Under the pieces are notes generated by a model. That model ran no database searches and was not told the origin of the DNA. It saw nothing but the letters and a program-made list of their open reading frames with translations. This document shows positions 28,538 to 38,144 of a DNA stretch of 64,000 bases, piece after piece. Source of the stretch: an uncultured Chitinophagales bacterium. GTDB lineage: Bacteria > Bacteroidota > Bacteroidia > Chitinophagales > S012-47. Position 1 is the first letter of the stretch, and each line of letters starts with the position of its first letter. Location of the stretch: positions 365,461 to 429,460 of the forward strand of contig CAYPSW010000001.1 in assembly GCA_964413685.1 (NCBI GenBank). The letters run 5' to 3'. The position numbers were made by a program, and so were the translations under genes.

Positions 28538-29788
28538 TTGCCTGGAGAAAACACAATCAACGAAGAACAACTTCAAAAAAGACTACGCATTAAGCAGCTA
28601 GAGGTTAATTCGTTGCTTGAGGTAACGCAAGCCATAAACAATAATTTATCGGTTGACAAGCTTTTCAGGATTTATGAGTTTATCCTTCGTGCTCAGATAA
28701 CCGTACAGAAAATGGCCGTCTTTATAAAAGACAAGGATTTTTATTGTATTTGCCATTATGGCGTTGACGACAACTGGGATATTGACGAGCTTACCCGCGA
28801 GTTATTACAATATAATCATCTGGTTGAGTTCGATTCTCCCCATAATGGATTACTATCTGAGTTCGATTTATTAATTCCGGTATTTCATAAGGACGAACCA
28901 TTGGCGTATGCCCTGATGAGTAAACCTCAAATCGACCTATTTGAAACCCTTGAGGAGAAAATCAAATTCATTCAGACAATAACCAATATAATTGTTGTTG
29001 CTATTGAAAATAAACGCTTGTTTAGATTGCAAATTGAACAAGAAAAATTGAAGCAGGAACTGGAATTAGCTGCTCAGGTGCAGTCTCATTTAATTCCTAA
29101 AGAATTGCCAGATAACGAATTTTTGCAAATGGCTGCCATCTATCTTCCGCACCGAAATATAGGAGGAGATTATTATGATTATATCGATCATAATGACGAA
29201 GAAGCATTTTTATGTATTGCGGATATTTCGGGTAAAGGGGTTGCTGCAGCCATTTTAATGGCAAATTTCCAAGCCATTCTTCGAACCTTAATAAAAGATA
29301 TGGATGATATTGGCTCCTTCATCCGAAAACTTAATTACAGAGTCCTGGAAATTACCAGAGGCGAGAAATTTTTAACCCTGTTTTTTGCACGATACCTGAA
29401 GAAAACCAGAAAGCTGGAATATGTCAATGCCGGACATAATCCAAGCATTCTGATCAGAAATGACAAAATGGAAGAGCTTGGCAAAGGATGCACCATTCTT
29501 GGGATGTTCAATAAAATTGAAAAACTGGAAGTAGGCAAGGTGCAACTGGGTAATGCCGAATGCATGCTCATTAATTATACAGATGGATTGACAGATCTGG
29601 AAAATGAATCTGAAGAAAGCTTTGGTATCGAGCGCTTGCTTAGCTTTTTGAAAGACCACCATGGAAATGATATGACAGACTTGAACAATCGATTGATGAA
29701 TACCTTTTTGGATTTTAAAGGCAGGCAAATGTTTGTTGATGATATCAGTGTGTTAAGCTGCCGATTCAAGTCGGCTACGATTGTTTAA
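28538..29788 (+). CDS. GAF-like sensor / PP2C-family (SpoIIE-type) serine phosphatase
   Basis: C-terminal PP2C/SpoIIE block (NIGGDYYDY..., FLCIADISGKGVAAAILMANFQ, YVNAGHNPS, INYTDGLTD, DDISVL). The N-terminal ~170 aa look GAF-like. TTG is the first in-frame start. Confidence 0.8.
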   Translation: MPGENTINEEQLQKRLRIKQLEVNSLLEVTQAINNNLSVDKLFRIYEFILRAQITVQKMAVFIKDKDFYCICHYGVDDNWDIDELTRELLQYNHLVEFDSPHNGLLSEFDLLIPVFHKDEPLAYALMSKPQIDLFETLEEKIKFIQTITNIIVVAIENKRLFRLQIEQEKLKQELELAAQVQSHLIPKELPDNEFLQMAAIYLPHRNIGGDYYDYIDHNDEEAFLCIADISGKGVAAAILMANFQAILRTLIKDMDDIGSFIRKLNYRVLEITRGEKFLTLFFARYLKKTRKLEYVNAGHNPSILIRNDKMEELGKGCTILGMFNKIEKLEVGKVQLGNAECMLINYTDGLTDLENESEESFGIERLLSFLKDHHGNDMTDLNNRLMNTFLDFKGRQMFVDDISVLSCRFKSATIV

Positions 29789-31198
29789 ATCCATCAGCAC
29801 AAGCATGGCTATGCAGGCATAAAAGAAACTACCTATCTTATCTGTCTCAATCAAATCACTGAGCATAGTTTGTATTAAAATAGCAGTAAGAGAAAGTAGC
29901 AAAGCAGCAACAAATTCACGATGAAGCTTGTCTTGGGTCTGAAAATAAATTCGTTCCCCATAAATAAAAGTAAAAAGCAACAATAGAAAAGTAAGAGAAA
30001 ATCCCGGAATACCTTGTTCAACTAATTGTAAGAGAAGATAATTATGAACGGTTGATTTTTCCTTATTGTCGCTCAGATAGGTAGAAAAGGAGGGTAAAAT
30101 ATACCTTTTATAATAGGGATAGAAGTTCCCTGGTCCGAATCCTGTTATGGGTCGGTCGCGAAACATACGGCTTGCTGCTACCCATCTGTAAAGTCGTTCG
30201 GCTGATGAAACATCTTTCATTTCCATGGTCGCTTCCAGATGACCTGAAAGACTATGATGATAAATGGTAGTTTGGTAATCCGGAGCATAAATCAAATAAT
30301 GATTGTTTTTTTCAAACTTGAAAACAATAAATGCCAGCATAAGAGCGGTTGCGAGTCCGACCCATTTCATTATTCGCAGCCGAATTAAAACATACATTAA
30401 AGGCAATATCAATACAGCCACCCAGGCACCTCTTGTGTATGCGAAATACACACCAGTGAGCATAATCAACATCCCGATAGAAAGAAAATCTCTGATCCAG
30501 GAACCAGTAGGATACCATTTACGGGCAAACCATACAAAAGGCAGAAATAAAGACAAAGTGGCCGAGTAAGTCACATGATTTTTGAAATAGGGTGTTACGG
30601 TACGGTTTACATCTTCGAATGAAAAATGCAGTGCAGCATGACGAATTAGGGTAATTATTGTAACCGTGATTAAAGGTATAAATATGGCCCAAAAAACAAC
30701 TTTGAAATCCTCAGACCTTTTGAAAACAAGTGCTGTCATCACAAGAAAACTTGCTAGATACCAAAGTTTAGCCAACAAATATTTCAGACTGAAAATAAAA
30801 TCGATGGAATAAAGTAGCAGAATGGCAGACCAAATCAAATGCAATAGGATGAGACCCACTAATGGGTGACGCCAGAATCGCTTAGGTATGCTGTCGGGGT
30901 GTAGTATCAAGTACATCATCGTTATGCCCATCATCAGCACCATCAGCGGTTCGGTCGGGATATCTGTTGAAAAACCACCCGGAAAAGTGTAGTGAACCGA
31001 TAATGGAATGAAAAAGAAAAGGACGATATATAGTTTTCTGAAATCGATTATTGCAAGCCCAATAGCCAATAAGGCAGCAGGTGTGGCCATCAAAAATGGC
31101 AGATTGAATAAAAGTGCAGCTGCAATGCTTAGCAAACTCAATAAAGAAAAGCCGCTAAACAACAAGATATCCTGCCGGCTGTTTTGATTATTTAGCAT
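29753..31198 (-). CDS. O-antigen ligase-like (Wzy_C domain) polytopic membrane protein
   Basis: At least 10 TM helices with the Wzy_C-type loop (AYTRGAWVAVLILPLMYVL). ATG 31198 overlaps the upstream gene's stop by 11 nt (aATGCTAAATAA). The 31249 start is a TTG. Confidence 0.75.
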   Translation of the reverse strand: MLNNQNSRQDILLFSGFSLLSLLSIAAALLFNLPFLMATPAALLAIGLAIIDFRKLYIVLFFFIPLSVHYTFPGGFSTDIPTEPLMVLMMGITMMYLILHPDSIPKRFWRHPLVGLILLHLIWSAILLLYSIDFIFSLKYLLAKLWYLASFLVMTALVFKRSEDFKVVFWAIFIPLITVTIITLIRHAALHFSFEDVNRTVTPYFKNHVTYSATLSLFLPFVWFARKWYPTGSWIRDFLSIGMLIMLTGVYFAYTRGAWVAVLILPLMYVLIRLRIMKWVGLATALMLAFIVFKFEKNNHYLIYAPDYQTTIYHHSLSGHLEATMEMKDVSSAERLYRWVAASRMFRDRPITGFGPGNFYPYYKRYILPSFSTYLSDNKEKSTVHNYLLLQLVEQGIPGFSLTFLLLLFTFIYGERIYFQTQDKLHREFVAALLLSLTAILIQTMLSDLIETDKIGSFFYACIAMLVLMDLNNRSRLESAA

Positions 31199-32081
31199 TT
31201 CGAATACTGCTGCTGATAAGCTTATATTGTTCAATAAGCAGCACCGCAAACACCGAAAAAAGGAAGGCTATTAAAACGGAAGTAAGCACAATAAGCCATC
31301 TCACCGGTTTGCTTTTCTTATCAGAAGGTTTTGCTTTTTCAATAACAAAGATGGATGAGAAATTGTTGTTTGCCGAAAACGCATATTGCTGTTCGAGTGT
31401 TTGCAGATTATTGTAATCCTCTAAATATTTATCAGTTGTTTTTCGGGTTAGCCGATACAGTACTTGCGTAGTGTCGCGAAAAGCTGTAAGGCTGTCAGTA
31501 AGTCTTTGCAATGCCTTCCCTTTGTCAGTAAGTTGGGCCTTTACTTTTTCAGTAATTCCTTTATAGCGATCCGTAATCATGGCTGTGTTGGTTCTGTCGG
31601 TCTGTTCCATGATGTAATTGACCATATCCGAAGCAATTTGAGGATCCTGATCCAGAATGCTTACTTCAATATTGCCCAATTCAGTTCGGATAGCTCTGTA
31701 ATTAGCCTCAAATTCCTTTTTCAGCCTATGCTGCCATTTTTTGGATGTTGTGTCGATGTCATAACGGCTTACAAGATCAAATTTGTGAATCACGTCATCA
31801 ATCAAATCGTTTGATCTGGCGATGGCGAGCATGCGGCTGACATCCTCTTTCGTTCCAAAATAATTTAACACCTTGTCGCTGCTTTCGGTGCTAAATAAAA
31901 TTACCCGATCGTAGGTAGCAATATTCGAAGGGTAAAATATGGCCGTAGATTTGAAATAATCCGGTTTTAACAAGGCTATAACTATCGAAATGGCCGCAGC
32001 CAATACCGTCACAATGCCGATTAACTTCCGCCAATGAAATAAGGTGGTAAACAAGCTGATAATATTTTTCTGAGATGCCAT
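31188..32081 (-). CDS. Wzz-like polysaccharide chain-length determinant (PCP, no kinase domain)
   Basis: N-terminal TM helix (WRKLIGIVTVLAAAISIVIALLKPDYFKS), a long coiled periplasmic region and a C-terminal TM helix (RWLIVLTSVLIAFLFSVFAVLLIEQY). Confidence 0.7.
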   Translation of the reverse strand: MASQKNIISLFTTLFHWRKLIGIVTVLAAAISIVIALLKPDYFKSTAIFYPSNIATYDRVILFSTESSDKVLNYFGTKEDVSRMLAIARSNDLIDDVIHKFDLVSRYDIDTTSKKWQHRLKKEFEANYRAIRTELGNIEVSILDQDPQIASDMVNYIMEQTDRTNTAMITDRYKGITEKVKAQLTDKGKALQRLTDSLTAFRDTTQVLYRLTRKTTDKYLEDYNNLQTLEQQYAFSANNNFSSIFVIEKAKPSDKKSKPVRWLIVLTSVLIAFLFSVFAVLLIEQYKLISSSIRNAK

Positions 32082-32112
32082 AGAAATTCTGTTTTTGCAA
32101 AGCTATTAAATA

Positions 32113-33564
32113 TTAGTCAGAGCTTTTTACTATCTCGCCATTTTGCCAATCCCTGAGTCTGAACATGCGGGTAATTATTGCCAGAATTAATGCACCGATA
32201 ATAGCGAACGATGCATTAACGAGCCAAACAAATGGTAAATATGAAGAAATATAAAATAGCAGAAATACAAAGACAGAATAAATCAGTATCTGAAGAAATA
32301 GTTTAGCCGAATGTCCGAGATTGAAAAAACGATAGCATAGGAATATCTGGATAATAGCTATTAAAGATTGTGTAAAAAGGGTAGCCCAGGTTGCTCCAAG
32401 AGCTTCCCATCTTACAATTAAAATGGCGTTTAGCAGAATATTAGCTACAACCCCGCCCATGGCGAGGTAATTCATAGCCTTCAATTTGCCGGCTGCCGTC
32501 AGCAGGGTTCCGAAGATATACATCGTGGACACACTCAGGAAGCTAAGCATCAACCAACTGAAAATGGATGACCAATAAGCACTTGCTTCAACATAGAGCA
32601 CTTGCATGATATCATCGGCATAGAAAAAACAAAAAGCAGCACAGCTCAGAGCGATGACCCAAACTGAACGGAATGCAAGATTCACCAATGGTTTTATTGA
32701 TTGTTTCTTTCGCATCATGCGGGCAAACATGGGCAACAAGATAGTGGCAAATGAAAATCCGATCATGTTCGCGGCATCCAGAATACGGTAAGAAGCAGCA
32801 TACACACCTGCTTCCCTGGCACCGTCATTTCCTAACATACGATCAATCATGATGGCATCAATCCGGTTATAGATTGTCATCAACAGACCCAATAATGCAA
32901 AAGGGAAACTATGTTTTAAGACTATTCTGAAAATGTGTTGGTTCCATTTAATCGCAATGAGACCAGTTTTAAACAGCACTGTGGCAAGTGCCAGAAAAGC
33001 AGTAAGCAGATAAACAGCCGATTGTCCCCACACGAACCACTCAATTTTAAAAGGTTCAGCGCTATTTCTGAACCAGATAAGCCAGGAAAATAGCATTATC
33101 ATCAGTACTTTATCCAGCACTGACAAAAGCGCATCGAGTTTAAAGAAATGCATGGCCGAGATATTCGATCTGAAGTATGCAATAAAGGAGATAAGAATTT
33201 GATTGGCTGCCAGAAAATAAAGGAGTTTTATGCTGAAATGCCCGAATCCGAGCGACATGGCTAAGGCAAATGTTACTAACAAGTAAAGAGCTGACAGCAG
33301 CCATTTAGCCAGAAAAATATTAGGTAGAAATGTTTTGACTAAATGCTCATGTCTCGCTACGGCCCGTTTGTTGAAATTGCTGATACCAAAATCAAGCAGC
33401 ATACTGAATAAAAAAGAGAAATTGAATAAAACGAAATAATTTCCATACACTTCAGCACCCAGCATATTTTGTACGGTCCGGTCAATACCGAATATCCAGA
33501 ATGGCTTTATCAGAATATTGATCAGGATGAGAAAAGCCAGATTGTTTAAAAATGTACGCTTCAT
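32113..33564 (-). CDS. wzx: oligosaccharide flippase (Wzx/MOP family)
   Basis: 483 aa with roughly 12-14 TM helices. The N-terminus LNNLAFLILINILIKPFWIFGIDRTVQNMLGAEVYGNYF is typical of polysaccharide-biosynthesis flippases. Confidence 0.75.
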   Translation of the reverse strand: MKRTFLNNLAFLILINILIKPFWIFGIDRTVQNMLGAEVYGNYFVLFNFSFLFSMLLDFGISNFNKRAVARHEHLVKTFLPNIFLAKWLLSALYLLVTFALAMSLGFGHFSIKLLYFLAANQILISFIAYFRSNISAMHFFKLDALLSVLDKVLMIMLFSWLIWFRNSAEPFKIEWFVWGQSAVYLLTAFLALATVLFKTGLIAIKWNQHIFRIVLKHSFPFALLGLLMTIYNRIDAIMIDRMLGNDGAREAGVYAASYRILDAANMIGFSFATILLPMFARMMRKKQSIKPLVNLAFRSVWVIALSCAAFCFFYADDIMQVLYVEASAYWSSIFSWLMLSFLSVSTMYIFGTLLTAAGKLKAMNYLAMGGVVANILLNAILIVRWEALGATWATLFTQSLIAIIQIFLCYRFFNLGHSAKLFLQILIYSVFVFLLFYISSYLPFVWLVNASFAIIGALILAIITRMFRLRDWQNGEIVKSSD

Positions 33565-33618
33565 CGTTGGCGATAAAAGTAATCAAATTGACTTAGTTTT
33601 GAAGGAGATGAACAGCTG

Positions 33619-34749
33619 ATGAAAATAGCAGTTAACACTCGTTTTTTACTTAAAAATAAAATGGAAGGAATCGGATGGTTTACCTTCGAAACCCTGAAAC
33701 GGATGACTATTTCCCATCCGGAACACACGTTCTATTTTCTCTTCGACAGACCTTTTGACCCTTCCTTTCTTTTTGCTTCTAATGTGAAGCCTGTTGTTGT
33801 TTCTCCACAGGCCCGGCATCCATTGCTTTGGTATGTCTGGTTCGAATATAGCATCCCCCGTATTTTGAGCAAGTTGAATGCCGATGTTTTTTTATCCAGC
33901 GATGGTTATCTTTCCTTGCGAAGTCAGATTCCTGCTTTGCTAGTGATTCATGATCTTGCTTTTGAGCACCTGCCTAAGAGCATCCCATCACTGACTAGAA
34001 AGTATTATCAATATTTTATACCAAAGTATGCCCGAAAGGCAAAGCAAATTATTAGCGTTTCCGATTTTTCGAAACAAGATTTGATAAAGCGCTATCATAT
34101 TGCTGCTTCAAAAATTGAAGTGGCTCCTAATGCCGCCAAATCCATTTTTCAGATGCTCAGCGAGGAAGATATCGAGACAACCCGGAATGAGATTACAAAC
34201 GGAGCGGCTTATTTCTTATTTGTGAGTGCGCTGCAACCTCGTAAAAATTTGCCGGGATTACTCAGGGCTTTTGATCACTTTAAAAACCATCATAATGATC
34301 AGGATATCAAACTCGTTGTGGCCGGAGCAAAATATTCATTAAGCCGTGCCATTGATGATGCCCTTAAAGGTATGACCCATCGGTCAGACGTAATTTTTAC
34401 AGGACATTTAAGCCCCGAAAAACTGGCTGCCGTGACGGGAGCTGCACTCGCGCTCACCTATGTTTCCTTTTTCGAGGGATTTGGCATACCTATTCTTGAA
34501 GCCATGCAGGCTGGAGTTCCGGTTATTTGTTCCAATACCAGCTCAATGCCGGGCGTGGCTGGAGATGCTGCCCTGCTGGTCAATCCAAACAGCCTGAAGG
34601 ATATCTCTGAAGCCATGACGAAAGTCAGTTCAGATCAAGCATTACGTAAAGAGCTGATTAATAAAGGCCTGAAGCGGGCACAGGCTTTTAGTTGGGATAA
34701 AACAGCAGATATTATCTGGAAAGTATTGCTTAAAACAGCTGCCCCTTAA
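33619..34749 (+). CDS. family 4 (GT-B) glycosyltransferase
   Basis: EX7E region FFEGFGIPILEAMQAGVPVICSNTSSMPGVAGDAALLVNP. Confidence 0.85.
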   Translation: MKIAVNTRFLLKNKMEGIGWFTFETLKRMTISHPEHTFYFLFDRPFDPSFLFASNVKPVVVSPQARHPLLWYVWFEYSIPRILSKLNADVFLSSDGYLSLRSQIPALLVIHDLAFEHLPKSIPSLTRKYYQYFIPKYARKAKQIISVSDFSKQDLIKRYHIAASKIEVAPNAAKSIFQMLSEEDIETTRNEITNGAAYFLFVSALQPRKNLPGLLRAFDHFKNHHNDQDIKLVVAGAKYSLSRAIDDALKGMTHRSDVIFTGHLSPEKLAAVTGAALALTYVSFFEGFGIPILEAMQAGVPVICSNTSSMPGVAGDAALLVNPNSLKDISEAMTKVSSDQALRKELINKGLKRAQAFSWDKTADIIWKVLLKTAAP

Positions 34750-36233
34750 TGTACTTCGTGTTCGAGAAATTCAAGTGTATTTTTCATATCAATATACAAG
34801 GGGCGATCGGTATCAATAAAGGGAACCACTTTCCGGTAATCAGCCAGAAAAGCTTCGACAACAGATCCTGATTTCATAGGTCTCCTAAGGTCAATGGCCT
34901 GGGCTGCCGTCAGCAGTTCGATTGACAAAATGGTTTTTAGGTTTTGCATTATGCGGAAACATTTTGTGGCGGCATTAGCTCCCATGCTCACATGATCTTC
35001 CTGTCCATTGCTCGAAGGAATTGAATCAACAGATGCAGGCGTGGCCAATTGTTTGTTTTCGCTTGCCAGTGCGGCAGCGGTATATTGGGGAATCATTAAG
35101 CCTGAATGTAAGCCCGATTCTTTTACAAGAAATGGGGGTAAATCCCGCTCACCTGAAAGCAATAAAAAAGTGCGCCTTTCCGAAATGCTACCCAATTCAG
35201 CTAGCGCTATTGAGAGGAAATCCATTGAAAATGCCAGGGGTTCTCCATGGAAATTTCCACCTGAGAGAATTAAGTTTTCTTCCGGGAAAATACTTGGGTT
35301 ATCAGTTACACTATTTATTTCAGTCAATATGGTTTTTGATATATTGCCCAGTACGTCACGAACAGCACCATGTATCTGTGGGATACATCGAAAAGAGTAG
35401 GGGTCTTGCACCTGATTTTTGTCCATTGCGCAGATAGCACTGTCCTGCAGCAACCAGCGAATATTGGCAGCAGTTGTCTTTTGTCCCTGATGTGGTCTGA
35501 GCTGATGAATCAATTCATGGAAAGGTTCAATCCGGCAACACCAGGCATCGAGTGAACAAGCAGCAATCATCTCGGCTATGGCGATATAATTGGAAGCCTC
35601 ATTCAGCAAATGAACGGCATAAGCCTGCATAAACTGCGTACCGTTAAGTAAAGCTAATCCTTCTTTCGATTGTAATTCAACAGGCATTAATCCTTCTGCT
35701 TCAAATGCCTCTTGGCTGGTAATAATTTTTCCTTTGTAAAAAACTTCCCCCAAACCAAGCAATGGCAAACTCAAGTGGGCAAGCGGAGCCAGATCACCCG
35801 AAGCCCCCAAACTACCTTGAGTGTAAATGACAGGTAAAATATTCCGGTTGAAAAGTTCAATCAGTAAGTTAAGTGTCTCGAGACGGATGCCCGAAAAGCC
35901 CTGAGCCAAAGACCGGATTTTTAATAAAAGCATCAAACGAAGCACCTTTTCGGGTACATATTCTCCGGTGCCGCAGGCATGCGACATCACTAAATTCTTT
36001 TGCAAATTACTAATTTGATCTTTCGAAATACCTACATCACATAAATCACCGAAACCGGTATTGATCCCGTAAATCAAATCCTCCGAATGCTCTAATTTAT
36101 TTTCCAGGTAACTCCGGCACTGCTGCACCTTTTGTTTTGCCGAATCAGATAAAACTAAACGCACGCCTGCTTGCAATTGCTCAAGATCTTCGAGCCCTAG
36201 AGGTTCCCTATTGATGCTGATTGTTTTTACCAT
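34746..36233 (-). CDS. hutH: histidine ammonia-lyase (aromatic amino acid lyase family)
   Basis: MIO-forming GSLGASGDLAPLAHL motif. The selectivity position reads LVMSHACGTG (Ser-His as in HAL, not His-Leu of TAL or Phe-Leu of PAL). Confidence 0.8.
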   Translation of the reverse strand: MVKTISINREPLGLEDLEQLQAGVRLVLSDSAKQKVQQCRSYLENKLEHSEDLIYGINTGFGDLCDVGISKDQISNLQKNLVMSHACGTGEYVPEKVLRLMLLLKIRSLAQGFSGIRLETLNLLIELFNRNILPVIYTQGSLGASGDLAPLAHLSLPLLGLGEVFYKGKIITSQEAFEAEGLMPVELQSKEGLALLNGTQFMQAYAVHLLNEASNYIAIAEMIAACSLDAWCCRIEPFHELIHQLRPHQGQKTTAANIRWLLQDSAICAMDKNQVQDPYSFRCIPQIHGAVRDVLGNISKTILTEINSVTDNPSIFPEENLILSGGNFHGEPLAFSMDFLSIALAELGSISERRTFLLLSGERDLPPFLVKESGLHSGLMIPQYTAAALASENKQLATPASVDSIPSSNGQEDHVSMGANAATKCFRIMQNLKTILSIELLTAAQAIDLRRPMKSGSVVEAFLADYRKVVPFIDTDRPLYIDMKNTLEFLEHEVH

Positions 36234-36234
36234 T

Positions 36235-37587
36235 TCAGAGAGTATGAAATTCTTGAATTATTTCTTCCAATGTAAGTTTTTTCTGCTCTCCTGAAATCAT
36301 GTTTTTCAAAGTTAAAATACCACTTTCTCTTTCCTCACTTCCGATTATAATTACAAAAGGTAGTCTGCGAGCATTGGCATATTTCATTTGCTTGTTCATT
36401 TTGGCCTGATCGGGATAAATTTCTGATGCTATGCCTGCATTCAGCAGTTGGGTCAGCACCTTGATCCCGTAGTGCAACGATGCAGCATCGAAATGCAAAA
36501 TAGCCACTTGCAAAGCTTCTGTATTCAGCTGGTCAAACAGCCCGAGTTCTTCCATTACATCATAAATCCGTTCAAGCCCGAAAGACATGCCTACACCCGG
36601 GATATCTTTCAACCCGAACAGGCTAGTAAGATCGTCATAGCGACCTCCACCGCAAATACTCCCGATGCTCACCCCATGAGCCACCACCTCCATAATGGTT
36701 CCGGTATAGTAGCTTAAACCACGCGCCAGTGATACATCAAAGCGCACATGGTTCTCATCAATGGCTGAAATAAGTTCAAGTAATTCATGCATATCAGCCA
36801 ATCCCTGTTTGCCGGATTCGTTTGATCCAATATGTTTTTCAAGCATGTCCAATTCCGGAAGTCCTTCTGAGAGCAATTGTTTTATAAAGTGGATGAATGT
36901 ATCAGGGAAAGTGGCAATTTGCAATTCTTTGCAAATCCCATCGAGCCCAATTTTATCCATTTTATCCAGAATCACTGTGAAAGGCATGAATTTATCGTTC
37001 AAGCCGTGGGCGGCCACAATTCCTTCAAGAATTTTTCTATGGTTAAGGTGGATGCTGAAGTCCTTCAGACCCAGCCGGGTGAGGGCACTTTCAAATATGC
37101 GAATCAGTTCCAGTTCATTCAATAGTGAGCGGCTGCCAATAGTATCTACATCGCATTGCCAGAATTCACGGTATCGTCCTTTTTGAGGCCGGTCAGCCCG
37201 CCAAACCGTTTGCATTTGATATCTCTTAAACGGAAAAGTAATTTCATTCCGGTGCATAACTACATAGCGTGCCAGTGGAACAGTCAGGTCGTAACGGAGC
37301 CCCTTTTCGGCCAGGTTTGGCAGCATCAATTTATAATCTCCGCTTTGCAATATTTCCGGATGTATACCACGCAAATAATTACCAGTGTTCAGTATGCGAA
37401 ATAGCAGTTGGTCTCCTTCAACTCCGTATTTTCCGGTCAGCGTACTAATGTTTTCCATGGCCGGTGTTTCAATAGGTTGAAAACCATGTTGTTCGAAAAC
37501 CTCCCGAAGGGTTGACATAATGAACTGTCTTTTCCTGATTTGTTCAGGACCAAAATCGCGGGTTCCTTTGGGTATGCCGGGCTTCAT
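36235..37587 (-). CDS. hisS: histidine--tRNA ligase
   Basis: Class II motifs (LRYDLTVPLARY, FWQCDVD, GGGRYDDL) and a C-terminal anticodon-binding domain. Confidence 0.93.
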   Translation of the reverse strand: MKPGIPKGTRDFGPEQIRKRQFIMSTLREVFEQHGFQPIETPAMENISTLTGKYGVEGDQLLFRILNTGNYLRGIHPEILQSGDYKLMLPNLAEKGLRYDLTVPLARYVVMHRNEITFPFKRYQMQTVWRADRPQKGRYREFWQCDVDTIGSRSLLNELELIRIFESALTRLGLKDFSIHLNHRKILEGIVAAHGLNDKFMPFTVILDKMDKIGLDGICKELQIATFPDTFIHFIKQLLSEGLPELDMLEKHIGSNESGKQGLADMHELLELISAIDENHVRFDVSLARGLSYYTGTIMEVVAHGVSIGSICGGGRYDDLTSLFGLKDIPGVGMSFGLERIYDVMEELGLFDQLNTEALQVAILHFDAASLHYGIKVLTQLLNAGIASEIYPDQAKMNKQMKYANARRLPFVIIIGSEERESGILTLKNMISGEQKKLTLEEIIQEFHTL

Positions 37588-37589
37588 TA

Positions 37590-38051
37590 TCAGGCGTTTT
37601 CTTTTTCAGACAGTTGATTGATGATACCATCCGTAGCCATATCAAGCAATTCGAAAACCTCTTCAAAGCCTTTATCATTGTAATAGGGATCGGGCACATT
37701 GAGTCGTTTGCCCGGGTAAGCAAAATTCATAATCAGTTTCACTTTGTCGTGGTCGCTGTTTTGCATACGTTGAATATCGTTGTAAACTGATTCGTCCATC
37801 GCCAAAATTAAATCAAAAGCTTCAAAATCATCTTCATTGATTTGCCGGGCCCGCTGTGCACTGATATCAATGCCATGAGCTTTAGCCGTTTCAATAGCCC
37901 TCCGGTCAGGCGAATCTCCTACATGCCATGCACCCGTTCCGGCCGAATCTACGGTCCAGTCAATGCCTTGTGCCTTTAATTTATTCCTCAAAACACCTTC
38001 TGCCATAGGTGAACGGCAAATATTACCAAGACATACCATCAATATTTTCAT
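37590..38051 (-). CDS. low-molecular-weight protein-tyrosine phosphatase
   Basis: CX5R(S/T) P-loop MVCLGNICRSPMAE and a DP motif (VPDPYY). A minus-strand TAATTTTG box at 38056-38063 sits only 4 nt upstream of the ATG. Confidence 0.88.
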   Translation of the reverse strand: MKILMVCLGNICRSPMAEGVLRNKLKAQGIDWTVDSAGTGAWHVGDSPDRRAIETAKAHGIDISAQRARQINEDDFEAFDLILAMDESVYNDIQRMQNSDHDKVKLIMNFAYPGKRLNVPDPYYNDKGFEEVFELLDMATDGIINQLSEKENA

Positions 38052-38144
38052 GCGTCAAAATTAGAATTTTTAGGCAATACCATTCTCGTTACTTTTGTAA
38101 TAAGAATAATTATTTTTTATTCCTGATGATTTAGATCCGTAGCA

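Noticed and set aside
35008-35437. 130- and 138-aa ORFs antisense to hutH
   Set aside because: They are nested in the hutH coding region and show no recognisable motifs. They are best explained as frame-shadow ORFs.
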